A DNA stretch of 64,000 nt from Lama glama. Taxonomy: Eukaryota. Positions 1 through 13,700 of this stretch are shown one piece after another; position 1 is the first letter of the stretch, and each line of letters opens with the position of its first letter. The notes beneath the pieces are model-generated. The model worked only from the letters and a program-made list of their open reading frames with translations, did not search any database and had not been told where the DNA came from. The stretch covers positions 82,772,001-82,836,000 of the forward strand of contig CM052816.1 of the NCBI GenBank assembly GCA_028534125.1, written 5' to 3'. The translations under genes and the position numbers were made by a program.

Positions 1-329
1 TGCCAATGGCTCACTGATAGAAGGACATGAACCTCAACTGCTTTTCTTATTTCCTCATAGGTTTTTCTCCCCAGAGCACTCACTGGATAAGCCAGTTGCA
101 CAAGGATTCCCTTCTTAGTTTCTGCTTTAGGGAATTAAATACAGGACACAGAGATTACTACCATCATTTACCAGCATCTGTGCTCAGATACACACACTCT
201 GGATTTCATCTTGTTACTACAGAATAACTATCCACATTCCTATATGAGGATATTTCTGGTATACCTGCAGTAGATTCCGTCCTCCTGCACATAGGGTGTA
301 TTTCCTACAATTCTCTCCTGTTTCTCTTA

Positions 330-500
330 CATTATTAATGTTTACCCATGTCCTTGACCACTTTGGTTAACATTATCCAGTTTCTCCTATTTTAATAATT
401 ATTTTTATTCCATTTATCCCACCTATTACTTTATTTCCTTCCCTTTGCAAAAAATTTCAAAACTATTGATGGTATCTGATGTTTCCAATTCTTCTTTTAA
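330..500 (+). mobile_element. Degenerate L2 LINE fragment
   Basis: CT-rich stretch 'tttccttccctttgcaaaaaatttcaaaactattg...gtttccaattcttc' resembles recalled L2 ORF2-region consensus; boundaries approximate. Confidence 0.4.
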
Positions 501-834
501 ACAAATTAAGTAATTATCTAAAATAAGATTTTATAAAACAAGTAGGATTAAACCCAATGGATATCAAAAGCAATGAGTTTGTGAACAATACAAGTTACTA
601 ATTATGAACAATATGAGACACTTGGTCTGAACCACAGTGTCATATATTGTTCCAGATGTTCCAGATTCTTCTTTATTCTCTTCTTGCTCTTTTCATCAAT
701 TTCAATAACTTAAAAACCGTGATAAAAATTAATACAAATGGCTCCCGAATCCGTATTCTAGCCTAATATCTTTTTCACTCATCAAATTTTAGAGATAAAT
801 AATTGAACCCAGACGCAATGCAACAGTAACATTT

Positions 835-1055
835 GCATCAATCAATTAATAATATGTTTGGCTACAGACAATAGAAAACCCCTTCATATAACAATTGCTA
901 TGCTTTCTAGATGCTGCTTCCATAATCTAGACAGGAGGAAGAGGGGAAGGGCAAAAGACTGAAGAGGCATGCCAAATGAATATGCCTATTCTAAAAGACT
1001 TTTTCTAGAAGTCCTCACCAGTATCTTTCATGTAAATATCATGGAATAGAATTGA
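835..1055 (-). mobile_element. Old MaLR LTR fragment (MLT1J/K/L-like)
   Basis: Motifs 'tttggctacagacaatagaaaaccc', 'caggaggaagaggggaagggcaaaag' and 'ttctagaagtcctcaccagtatcttt' are typical of antisense old MLT1 LTRs. Confidence 0.45.
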
Positions 1056-3599
1056 AATATGTATATAGAAATACAATGCCAAAAAATTAAATAATTCTGA
1101 GTGACTACTACCAGGTCTTACAATGTACTATAAAATTACAATAGCAAAGGAGATAGAGCCATTGTACATTATGGGAGGAAATGGAAGGAAAAAATTATTA
1201 TTTATCAACTAAATATTAACTGTTTGAAAACATTTGATTTTAATTAAAATATATATTTTAATTTTACCATGTCCTCCTTTTTCCAAAACTGAAGACATTG
1301 AAATACAGCTGTTTGCCTCCAATTAGGAGAGAAATGCATTTGTACATTAGATTATTTATATGGAGTTTTAAAAATCTGTTCTGATCTTGTTAAATTTTTT
1401 ACTGTGTGCTGCCTTAACCCTTGGCACCTATAAAATAATATATTGCAGTCCCTAAAATGAACAATGGAGATGGTAGCTTCATAATTTCTATATAGAACAA
1501 CAATCATGTTGTGAGAATTAATCCAAAGAAATGCTTGCACAGAATTTTATATAAAATTATTTTTAACAAAGTCAATTGCCCAAAACCAAAACTGTGTTAG
1601 GGAGATAAATATTAAGGTGGAAAGAGGGCTAAACCTTTCCTTCCCAACTTAACTCTAGACACCATCATTGCTGACTCAAACTCTCATTTACATTTGATCA
1701 TCTCAGTGCAGGCCTGGCCTTCTTAATTCTAAATTCTTAAATTAGGATTATTGACAACCCAACATTACCTTTCTTTTTACCTGTATTATGTCCCTCTGCT
1801 GCCCTCATCTGGTAAACACTGATTCTTCCTCTACATTGAGATTGCTTCTGAGGAAATAAACTAATACTATGCATTTTGAGCAGTTTTTAAAAATCTTTAT
1901 ATCAGCACATAGTGAGTTTTCAAAAATGATTTAAAAAAGTAGATTTTTAAAAATAGTCCTTGAGAAAATACATTTACAAGAAATGAACATGGAAAAGTAA
2001 CAAAGCATTTTGGTTCTCACGTGAACCTGTTACACTGAAAATATAACCACTATTATAGTGGTGAAAAATAATGTCAGTCAAAATGCAATTTCTCCTATGA
2101 TATTAAAAACAGCAGAAATTTCAAGTGTATCAGTGTCCATAGGACATTCTCAATTTCAAATTAAGTCCATATAGACAGAAGTATTCACAGGTCTTCTGAT
2201 TCCAGCCCATTCCAGTGGGCTGTGGTTTGATATGTCAAATAGATTTTGAGTAATTATGTCTCTGCTAAATTTTTGACAAGAAGTCTCATTTTGAATGAAA
2301 TGGACATAAATTACGTTTCACTGCAGAAGCATACAGAAAGTATGCTTTTCTTTACTCGCCACACTTTACTTGTGTATTTGTTAATGTTGAATATATTTCA
2401 TCAAAAATGTAATCATAAAAGGTTTTAATTCAATCTATATCTTTGCAACAGTTGGAATGAGAAACCCAGATTTCTGTGTTAAAACTGGTGGTTCAGCTCT
2501 TTGTACTTGATATTTAGCAATATCTCCATAAGACCAACGATTCCCTTTGAGAAAACTAAAACTCAGAAGTCAAAAAATAGAAATATTTGTATCCAAATAT
2601 CTCATAGACCTTACTATTTTAGACTTAATTGAAATAAAGTTTGGGAGACACCATATAATGTCATGTTTAGATTGTTAGGTGATCATAATTATGTGTGGAC
2701 ACTGTGTAATTCATGCTTCAACAAATATATCTCTTTTGGTTTATAATCCCAAGAATCAACAGACTAACTATCATTAAATTCTTCATTATCCCCAATTGGT
2801 TTACTAAGGACTGCAAAAGTTTCAGCCACACTCAACTTTAATAGGTATTGGCAGTAATTAATCGGAAATGGGTTTATTTTTCCAGCTTTAGTTTTAATAG
2901 AATTACATTGTTTCCATCAAAATGTTTTGCATAGGATAAAAAAAAATCTTTGAGCTTCTAAAAAGTCACGGAGTACCACATATTCTTTATAGATCACCCC
3001 AAAATCACTGTAATGCCCATCTACAGATACTCAGAAGTAGGAGGGAAAATAACCAACATAGTTGCCGTGGTGAGGGATCTAAAGTTTTAATGTAAGAGAA
3101 GCTGGAGGCAATGGTACAAACTGAAAGAGAAGTACAGCAAAATTTCCCCAAAATGTAAGTGTGAGGGGATGGAAATCCAGGATGCACACACAGTGAATCT
3201 CTGATTCTAGAGAAGACTTGATGATAAAACTGCAGTATTCAGTGAAGTCAGTTAGTGTACTAAAAGCTGGAACTGAAAGAAAGAGACAGTGTCTAAAATG
3301 GGCAAAGAAGTGAAAATGAGGTCAAAACAGGTTGAAGGTAAATGCAAAGACTATGAAATGGAGAATTCAAGGAGAGGACTACAGTAACTCAGGGTAAAAC
3401 TTTTCATGTGGACTTTTCAGGTGCTGAAAGCCAAAAGGCAAGTTAAAGAGGAGCTTCAGATTTCTCATTTCTGTTAGTTTCAGTCCTAATCTCTCTGCTT
3501 TTAAAATAGCCTCGCCACAGCTGCCCATGGAACAATATATGTTCTAATAACTTTTTGGAAGCTATAGCACGCCAATAAATAAATAGTTTGTCTTATGTT

Positions 3600-3740
3600 T
3601 TGGTCTCTTCTTCCTTCTCTTACCTCTCTTTAAGCTTCTCACTTCTTCTGTTGTCTTCTGCCCTCTCTCCTCCCGTCCCTTCTCTTGCCTTCTTCATCTT
3701 TTACTTCCCTCCATCTCTTCTTTCTTTCTTCTTTTACGTC
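3600..3740. repeat. Polypyrimidine (CT-rich) low-complexity tract
   Basis: ~140 bp almost entirely C/T on the + strand; explains the spurious S/L/F-rich and K/R/E-rich ORFs 3588..3806 and 3639..3821. Confidence 0.85.
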
Positions 3741-4520
3741 TCCGTCTATACTACCCCAGGTATTAGTTTTCCTGCTGGTAGTGTACCGCTCTCCAACTTG
3801 CCTTAACGACGCATTTTGCATAATCTCATCAGAATAAACTTCCTAGAACAAATTCTGGCCTTGTGCATTCACTTCCCCAAATGAAATTATAAATTATAAA
3901 AATGAATTATAAACAGTTTCTTATTACCTATTGAAAATATTTCTAAATTTTTGAACTTGCAGGAGCCTTCATCATTTACCCCCACATTTTCAGATGATAA
4001 TTCCTATGATCTTACATTTACTGTGTTTTAATGAAACACATATTTTAATATCTTCAAACTTGCCTTATGTCAATGTTTCTAAAACTTTTCCTCAAAGTCC
4101 TGCTAATAGAAAAGTTAAGTAAGTACATATTCAATTGCCCTGAAGAGAATAAGAAATCTATTAGAAGACTATGTCATTTACATTATGGTTTCATATATCC
4201 ATTTTTAAACTAAGAAATTATACTTGTTGGCATCAAGAGGAAGGAAAAAAATTAATATTTCTCACTGGTTAATATGAGAGATGTTTTCCTAAATCTATTA
4301 TCTTTTGAAAAGTAAGACTATTAAAATAGTTGACTTTCTATGATTGATACAATACACAGCTTGTTTATATTCTTTATTGTTGGTCACAATAATTTGAAAA
4401 CCATAATTCGTTTAAATCTGGATTATGTTATTTTTCACGATTTCACAAGTTAATTCAGGATTATCATAGGTGCAGAGAGTTCAGGAGCTTGGCAAACATG
4501 TAGTATGAAAATTAATCAGG

Positions 4521-5881
4521 CTGAGAGGCCAGAAATAAACCTACAGACTTACAGTCAATTAATCTTTGACAAAAGAGGCAAGAATATACAATGGAGAAAA
4601 GACAGTCTTTCAGCAAGTGGTGTTGGGAAAACTGGACAGCAGCATGTAAATCAATGAAGTTAGAACACTCCCTCACACCATACACAAAAATTAACTCAAA
4701 ATGGTTTAAAGAGTCAAACATAAGACAAGACACTATAAACCTCCTAGAAAAAAACATAGGCAAAATATTCTCTGACATAAATCTTAGCAATGTTATCCTA
4801 GTGCAGTCTACACAGGCAATAGAAATAAAAGCAAAAATAAACAAACAGGACTTAAACTTATAAGCTTTTGTTCAGCAAAGGAAACCATAAGCAAAACAAA
4901 ACAACAACCTATGGAATGGGAGAAAATATTTGCAAATGATGAGACTGACAAATGTTTAATTTCCAGAATATATAAACAGCTCATACAACTCAATAACAAA
5001 ATAACAAACAACCCAGTCCAAAAATGGGCAGAAGACCTAAGCAAGCAATTTTCCAATGAAGGCATATAAATGTCCAATAGGCACATGAAAAAAATGCTCA
5101 ATATTGCTAATTATCAGAGAAATGCAAATCAAAACTACAATGAGGTATCACCTCACACTAGTCAAAATGGCCATCATTCAAAAGTCCATAAATGATAAAT
5201 GCTGGAAAAGGTGTGGAGAAAATGGAACCCTCCTACACTGTTGGTGGGAATGTAGTTTGAAGCAGTCATTATGGAACAGTATGGAGATTCCTCAAAAAAC
5301 TAAAAATAGACTTACCATATGATCCAGCAATCCCACTCCTGGGCATATATCTGGAGAGTACTCTAATTGGAAAAGATATATGAACCTAATGTTCATAGCA
5401 GTGCTATATACAATAGCCAAGACATGGAAATCACTTAAATGTCCATCAATAGAGGACTGGATAAAGAAGCTGTGGCATATTTATACAATAGAATACTACT
5501 CAGCTATAAAAAGTAATAAAATTATGCCATTTGCAGCAACATGGATGGATCTGGAAATCATTATTCTAAGTGAAGTAAGCCAGAAAGAGAAAGAAAAACA
5601 CCATATGATATCACTCATATGTGGAAGATATAACAAAAGAAAAAAGAAGACACTAATGAACATACCTACAAAACAGAAACAGACTCACAGACATAGTACA
5701 CAAACTTTGGTTACTAGAGGGAAAAGGGGTTGGAAGGGATAAATGGGAGTTCGAGATTTGTAAATATTAACTATTATATATAAAATAGATTTAAAAGCAT
5801 TTCTTCTGTATAGTACATGGAATTATATTAAATATTTTGTAGTAACATAATGAAAAAAGAATTTGAAAACGAAAAAGAAAA
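4521..5881 (+). mobile_element. Relatively young 5'-truncated LINE-1 (3' part of ORF2 plus 3' UTR), cetartiodactyl/camelid type
   Basis: Perfect 14-bp TSD GAAAATTAATCAGG at 4507-4520 and 5882-5895; ORF pieces match the L1 ORF2p C-terminus ([21 protein letters not shown] knuckle [50 protein letters not shown]); A-rich tail. Confidence 0.97.
4591..5630 (+). pseudogene. Disrupted L1 ORF2p C-terminal coding remnant (ORFs 4591..4863, 5104..5322, 5380..5742)
   Basis: Recognisable ORF2p motifs split across separate ORFs by stops and indels; no EN or RT domain in this copy. Confidence 0.9.
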
Positions 5882-6899
5882 GAAAATTAATCAGGACACT
5901 ATGGTGGTATGAATTTCAGTAAATGAACCTTCCTGATGGAAGGTCCAAAATTTTTTTATCTGGAGGATGAATGAAATGTAAATGATGGGATCTCTGACCA
6001 TTAGCCTCTCTTATTCTTTTAGGGAAATCTTTTTCAAATAATATTTGTGAAAATATGACTATGGTGGTCTCTAACCACCACTGCTAAAACTTTTATCACA
6101 TGTAATTAAATTTTCTCAAGTGACCACTAGTACCTATGATCTATTTTTTCTGCCAACTCATAATCTTCATTTTTATGGCTTGCTGATGATCTAGATAGTA
6201 AATACATTAACTTTTGTTTTGATTCATAGTGTTTTATACCAATGTTAACTTCAAGTTAAGCTGAATTTTTGAGTTATACAATAATATGCAGTCTATGAAT
6301 TAATTCATCTTATGTTCTATTTATCAATCTCAGCATAAAAAATAGCTCAATCTTAATATGATTTTAAATCACAAATTACTATTGTCTATCACAGTTCTAT
6401 GGATTGATCAGGCTTTAGTTCTTATTTAAGAGCTTGACATAATTGCCATCAGATAATAGGTTTAGACATGCAGACCTTCCACTGGACTTAAATGTCCAAG
6501 AGGACAACACTGCATAGTTGGTAGTTGAAGATGACTGTTGACTCAGACCTGAGTTAAATTTGGCAAATTTATGCAGTAATGACATTTCCATTTGGCTTGA
6601 GTCTCTCAACATATGGTATCTGAGTTCTGAAAGAATATTTCCAAATCAATATCCCCAAAGGCACAGGTAGAAGTATATCCTTGAAGGTAAAACAACATAA
6701 TTTCTGTTGCACGCTATTGCTAGTAACATTCTCAGGGCCTACCAGACACAATGGTATGGGGAACTTCACTTTTCTTGTTTAGAGAATTCACAGGTTTATA
6801 TTAGAGAAGAGCATGTATAGTAGGAGATTTTATTGAAGTCTTTGCAAAACTGCAGTTGGAGGCAGTCTTGCCTCTGATCATAACAACTCATGTCTTTCC

Positions 6900-8420
6900 T
6901 TGCATCTTCTCTTTGTGTAAAATACATTATCTCTCTCCTCCAAAATATTCTACTATTGCATGATCAGTTCAAGTCCAGGCACCAGCTAAAAATCCAAGGA
7001 CCTTATCATCACAGTCAGGTCAAGATGAGGCTTCTTTGGATCTAATCTGAATGTATACAGTTCTCATCTGAAAACCTTTAAGCTAAAGAGAGAAATTATA
7101 TGTCTCTCCTACATTCAACATAGAATGATAAGGCAGACATATATTTGAATACTCCCATTAGGAAACAGAATAGGATGTAAATAGATGACACTGGTTCATA
7201 TCAATTCTGAATCTTAGCCAGTTACATGCATCAGTTCCTTCATTAGGGCCAATCCTTCTCCTTCATGGTTTTCTATGGTTTTGGTTTTATCTTCTGATAC
7301 TTGGTTCTGACTCCATGTCATTTTTTTCCTTTTTAATTAGAAAGGACCTGTGTTTGCAGATGAGTAGATTTCCTAGTTTCTTTCCCATGCAGAAATGGTT
7401 GAAGTTGAGAGACCATTCATTTTGAGCCACCTTTGTCATTTTTATTACAATATGATGGTGTTTCTTCAAATATGACTCTCTTAAAAAAAAGTAGATTTTT
7501 TTTTGCATGTGTGAATACTATTGGAATTTACTCTAGTGGACAAGAGGCAGACACTCAAATTTCTCTGAGACAGGCCTTCTCTGAAGTGGACTGAGGGTCA
7601 GGATTATGTGAGACAACTGTGGGATTCTTAAAGACTTTTAAGAATCTTCTAAGAGAATGTCTAAGAGGCATTATGATATTGTTTTATAAAGCCCAGGGTT
7701 ACCAAACTATAGTGCATGGGCCAGATTTGGCCTATCACTTGTATTTTGTAAATAAGTTTTATTAGTACATAGCCACATCCATTCATTCATTCATTGCCTG
7801 GTGCTGCTTTTTCTCTACAATAACAAAATTGAGTATTACTGCAGAGATTGTATGGGTAACAAAGTATAAAATATTTGTTATCTGGTGTTTACAAAATGTT
7901 CGCTGACCTCTGGTCTAGTTGCGATGGCTTACGAGGCACTATTTAAATCTTTCTCATGTCTTAACAAACAGTTTATAGTCACTTCTGTGATATAAACGTT
8001 ACCCTGAGATTACGCTTTGCAGACAGAAGCCTAGATTTTATCTTTGCCCTGATGTTATTCCCCATTTTGAAGCCTCCTTTTTTTCCCTGCTGGATAGAAA
8101 GGATTATGGTGAAAAGTGTTATTATTTTCTAGCACAACAAGTCCTAGCTTCTTTATATTTTGGCTAAATTCCACATAGAGTCAAGCATTTCAAACCTTAC
8201 CTCATTTCTTTATATTCCTACCTCTCATACACAGCTAAAATGCCTGGAAATCTCCTTAGTCAAGTTCAAAAGATCACAAGCAAATTTTTTATTTTCCATG
8301 TTACTGCAGGCCACAGTTCTGATAAACTTTCTGCTACATGTATCATCTTTCTTCTAGTTTTATATAAGAATTTTCTCAGTGTCATTCTTGTTCCCACCAC
8401 CAGTGTTAAAAATTTTCTTG
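6900..8420 (-). mobile_element. MaLR internal region (MLT1-int-like), interrupted by MER58A
   Basis: 'gctaaagagagaaattatatgtctctcctacattcaacatagaatgataaggcagacat...ctcccattaggaaac...caattctgaatcttagccag' parallels recalled antisense MaLR-int consensus; boundaries approximate. Confidence 0.55.
7694..7912 (+). mobile_element. MER58A-like hAT-Charlie non-autonomous DNA transposon
   Basis: Starts CAGGGTTACCAAACTA, ends TTCGCTGACCTCTG (degenerate TIRs); internal 'ttttgtaaataagttttattagtacatagccaca'; ~220 bp; right flank GTCTAGTT fits the Charlie target preference. Confidence 0.88.
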
Positions 8421-10009
8421 CCTCCATCCAGAGCCCAGTCATAGAGCTGATGTCCTACCTACATCATGAAATCATGAATTCATGAATTTATCTAGATCTA
8501 GTACCTGTTTTTGGAGTAAATTTGAAAAATAAAATACTTCTGCTTTTTTCTTTTTGTTCAGATTTTTTTATAATTTCTTGAGACAACTTAAAAAATCCAT
8601 ACTTATAAAAATTATTAATTTCACATAGGTTTAGATATATATGACAATTTGTATCTTTTTTATTGCCCTCATTTGTTATTGTGTGTTCTAAAATTATTTC
8701 TTAAATACCCATATCAGAATTATGCCTATTTTAAAAATATAATCCTTTGAATTGATTTGTTAAATTTGGCGTATGGAGGAGCTAATTCAACTATTTCAGC
8801 TTTTACTTTTATTAATTTCCTATACACTATTCCCTATATTAATTCCTGTATATACACTAGTTTACTTTTATGTTTTTCCCAGGAGTACTAATTTAAACTC
8901 TGAATTCATTTATTTTGATTTTTTTTTAATAAACTGTAACTGCTTTCATTTTATTCTACTGCTTCATTCAGCATCAAGAGAGTGGATTTAAGTATTGGTG
9001 AATAACATTTTAAGTAAATTATTACGTAGGTTTTCTAGAAGAATTAATAGTAAGATTATGCCAATGTTTCTCTCAATGATAATAAAATACAGAATGCATT
9101 TTGAGGCATTTTTTAAACCTCCACTTTATTATTTGATTGATGCTGCTTAAGACAGATTCACTGGGCATGGTTTGGATAATGCTTTGATCTTACTGTCACT
9201 TCATCACTGAGAGCCTTAGGGACAATGCTGTTTCTGCCAAAATTAACATGATTTCAAGTTGTTATAATTTTCCTTCATTTAAAATTTTTAAAAAGTCAAA
9301 AATGAAAATGGTAGATATTAAAATTTAAAAATTTAATGTTTTGATTATCTGTTGTGGGAGAATGCATAGCTAAGATTAAGCCAGCATTTGCAAACTAAGG
9401 ATAATTTCAAAAGAATTTTAATGAATTGATTATTTGTATTTGTAATGAAAAGTTTGAAAAGTACAGGCAATGCAATGTAAAATGATATACTCTTTTTACA
9501 GAATTTATTATTATATGTGCTTGCCTTTACCCTATGAGAACTAGTATCTCTAATTCTAAGTTTTGAAAGATATGATCCCTTTGCACACATCAAAGTGTTA
9601 GTACAATCTATATTTATATGTGTCCAACATGATGTCACACTAATATCACAATTTCCAATTGTGTTAATTTGTGTTAATCTTGCTTCTTTAAGTGCAAACA
9701 CTGTGCTGGTCTACTTAATCAAGCAGAGTTCTATTGAACTGTACATATGTGTTATAAAGCCTCTGAAGGGCACAAAACGTTAATGTTTTCTAAAATTGAT
9801 ATCTTCTACTAGGATTTCCACTACCATGCATGTGTATTGCCTGCTTTGTATGTGACTGCCACTCACCTCAAACCTGTGGATGTATCTGGAATGGAGAAAA
9901 AGACACCACAAACAGATAAAGTCTGTGTGTATCATGAGAGGAGCCAAGGCAGTACATGCATAGACCTCTAATATTCTGCCAGGGGTAAACCTATCAAAAA
10001 AAATAAATC

Positions 10010-12720
10010 AGGGACAAAGTTCTGCTTCCAGAAATGATACAAAACATCTTTGCAACAAACTCTCCTGCTGAGATTAACTAGAACAGTGGAAAATTATTTT
10101 AAAAATATCTACGTGAAACACCAAGGGAGTAAAGATTACGACACCAGGATCCCAGAGAGAATGGGAGTTCAGCAAATGATCCCAATATTCAGTACAGTTC
10201 TTCTTATCGAGGCACTTATGATTCAAAATCAAGGCCTGGAAACCTAAAAGAATGAATTGAGCTTCCAGCAAAATCATGGGAATGGGAAATGAAAAATGGT
10301 ATTTATGATTCATTAAAGATGGTAGACCCTGATAATCACACCAGGCTTTCGACTGGGATCATAAAAGGCTACAAATCAAGGTAAAGGTTATTGAGGAATT
10401 GGCCAATCCTGAAAACACTGAGATCAAGCTCAATTTATCACAACCTGCTATATTAAGATTTACTGTCCACTGCCATCTGCTTTATAGAAGAAAAAATATG
10501 TCTTCTTTGAAGAAGCTAATATATTCAGAATTTTCAGTTGTATGTTTATCTAAGATACAAACAAACAAACCATACATATACAAAAAGACAAGAACTGACC
10601 AAAAAGCATGTGCAGGAACAGAGAATATGGACAAATCCACAGTCTATCCAGATATGGCAGGACATTAAAATAAATATAATTAAATTGCCAACTAATTAAA
10701 CTACATGGTTGGAAATTTTAGGAAATAATTCAATAGTATTAAAAAAAAAACTGATGAAATATCCAGAAATGAAAGCAATAATAAGATGTCAGTGGAAAAT
10801 ACACACATGGAATTGCAGACAGAAAAAGTGAGGGAAATGTAAAAGATTATAAGAGACATTAGGGTCAAAGCAGAAAGTTTCAACATGTATGTAATCAGAG
10901 TGCGTAAGGAACAGAGAATGAGAACGGATTAAGAGTAACATATGAAGAAATAGTAGGTGAGTTTCTCTTAATTGTCTAGAAGCCCAATCAGAAAAAAAAA
11001 AAAAACGCACACACACAAAATGCAAAAAATCTAGGCATATTATAGTAAACCTAAAAACCAAAGGGCAAAGAAAATTATGAAAATAACCAGACATATTATT
11101 TTCAAAGGATTAAAACTAAGGTGAACAGCTAATTTATGAAGAGAAATATATACACACCAGAAAACAAGAAATTTATATTACAAAGTACTTCAAAGAAAAT
11201 AACTACCAAATTAGAATTCTACACCTTAGGAAGTAGCTGGAAAATAATATAAGATTTTGTATCAGAGATATGAGAAGAAATGGAGAGTGATAAAATGATA
11301 AGTGTGTATATAGATCTAAATAATTTAGCACCTGCATAAAACAAAGCAATGACATTTTATGACATTTGAAACATATAGAAGAGGAAATCCATTGGAATTA
11401 TAATGTCCTAAGATCCTTCATTATCTGTGAAGTGATAAATACATTAGCAGAATGAACAGCTAAAAAACTAATAGAGGGAAAAATGGAATTAAAACACTTA
11501 ATGAATCCTAAAAGAGTTGTTGTTGTTGTTTTTAATGAGAGGGGGATAAAAAAAAACAAATAATAAGTGTGAAATAAAACAAAGCAAATAGTAAGTTTTG
11601 GCTAAATTCTAATTCATCAGTAAAGAGCAAAAGAAAAAATACAGTTAAAATACAGAGTTTTTTCAAAAAGAATTAAAAATTAAATGATGTACTATTTCTA
11701 ATATTAATATAAAATATAATACTATATAAAGGTTGACAATAAAGAATGAGAAAAATGAAACCATGCAAACACTAACAAAAAGAATAATTGAGTTATACTA
11801 AATATCAGACAAAGTAAACTTTAAGCAACAATCATTATTTTAAAGAAAGATATTTTAACACACTAAAGTGCCACTTCACCTGGAATATATAAAAATTTAT
11901 TATCTAATAACATAGTTTCAAATGTCTATAGCAGAAATCTGTGAAGCTAAAAAGAGAAATAAACAAATCTGAAATCAGTAGGGGATTTTAAACTACTCTC
12001 AGTAATGAACAGAATAGCACAAAAATTGTAAAGATATAAAAGATTTGAAAAACATAATGAAAACAAATTGTTTAATTGCCCTAAATATATAAAACTATAG
12101 TCAACAAGTGCAGAGCACACATTCTTTTTAAATATCCATGACACACTGACAAAAATTATCCATATATTGGGCTATCAGGCAAGTCTCAACACATTTCAAA
12201 GTACTGAGAAAATGCGGGGTATAATAGGGTTGTTTTCTGACCTCAGTAAAATTAAGGTAGAGATTGATAAAGAAAAAGAAGCACAAAATCCCCATATACT
12301 TGGAAATTAACCTATAACCTTTGAAAGTCATAGATCAAAGAAAAAGTCACAATGGAAATGATAATATTTTTTAAATTAACGGAAAACAATATATTACATT
12401 TCAAAATTAGAAGGATGTCACTGAAACAAGGGTTAAGGAAAATATTTTATACATGAAGAAAGGCTGAAAATCAAACTTCTAAGCACCCATTTTAATGAGT
12501 TAGAAAATCGCAAATTATAAAAAGTCAGGAAATAATAAAGATAATTACTGGACTAGAAAACAAATTTATAATAGAAAAAATAGCAAGTACAAAAGTTGAT
12601 TCTTTGAAAAGAGAAATGAGATTCTAAACTTGTAGAAAGACTGCTTTAAAAAAAAAACGGAAAACAAACAAAAAAACCTGACAGGAATGAAGAGAAAATT
12701 GTTACATCAGTATTATCAAA
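10010..12720 (+). mobile_element. Ancient L1M (L1MC/MD/ME-type): 5' region, ORF1 remnant and ORF2 endonuclease remnant
   Basis: A-rich + strand; EN-region motifs 'aaatatcagacaaagtaaactttaa', 'gtaggggattttaaactactctcagtaatgaacaga', 'gcacacattctttttaaatatccatgacacactgacaaaaattatccatatattgggc', 'aaaagttgattctttgaaaag'. Confidence 0.85.
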
Positions 12721-12789
12721 ACACACCCAATTCTCATCATATTCACTTCTCTAATCTCAATAAACACTATGACTATTGCAGAAGTTTTA

Positions 12790-13285
12790 AAACAGAGCAG
12801 CAAATTCTTTCACAACTCATCTCAGTACAAGGTGCGGATTTTTGTCCTTTCCCCTTGAACTTGGCCTATGGAGTAGGCAGACGTGATGCCATGTGACTTC
12901 CAAGAGCAGGTCATAAAAAGCCCTGCAGCTTTAATCTATTTTCTTGGAATAGTCACACTTGGAATCCTAAGCCACCATGTAAGGAGTCCAGCTAGTGTGA
13001 GTCTGCCATATAAGGAAGCCAAACCCAGAGAGAAAGGCCACATGGAGTTGTTTTGGCCAGTATCTCAGCGGTGCCCAGCCCTCAGGTAACCCCATGCCAG
13101 GTGTTGGTGAAGAAGCCTCCAGAGGACTTCAGCTCTCAAGTCAGGGAGTCAACCTCAGCTAGATTCCCTGTGCCCTGCCCAAGTTCCTGACCCACCCACA
13201 GAGAGTGTGAGCTTAACAAAACGGTTCTAATTTGACTCCTCTAAGTTTCGATGTGGTTTATCGTGGACTGATAGATGAATGGGAT
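12790..13285 (+). mobile_element. MaLR solo LTR (MLT1F/G/H-like)
   Basis: 'gtgatgccatgtgacttccaagagcaggtcataaaaag', 'gccaccatgtaaggagtccag', 'ccctgcccaagttcctgacccac', 'ctaagtttcgatgtggtt'. Confidence 0.8.
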
Positions 13286-13349
13286 GCCTGGCATCTGAGA
13301 ATGGCCACTGAAATGTTCTCTTGCTTCTATGATGGCCCTCCTTGGATGT

Positions 13350-13700
13350 TTCCCTGAAGGGAAACCAGAGTCAGATTTTAAAATGGCAAATCTGATCACA
13401 TTTCTACCTCATTTAAAATCTTTAATTGAACATCCAATGCTCTTAACAAAAGAGAGTCAAATCTTTGTTGTTGCTTATAGAGCTTTCTTTGGTGTCGGTG
13501 AGAACAAAAGTAGAATGTTAAGTTCAGGTCAGCTTACCTTGTTACACACTCTTCTACAATACATATTTTTGTCACTACACTTCTTACAATTATGATTTTT
13601 GTATGCATTTGTGAGATTATATGATCAATGATTTTTCCTCATTAAGCCCTAAATTTTTTGAGGGCAGGAACTACAACTAGTTTGGATTATCATTTTATTA
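13350..13700 (+). mobile_element. L2 3'-region fragments
   Basis: 'ccagagtcagattttaaaatggcaaatctgatcacatttctacctcatttaaaatcttt' and 'aaattttttgagggcaggaact' match recalled L2 3' consensus. Confidence 0.65.
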
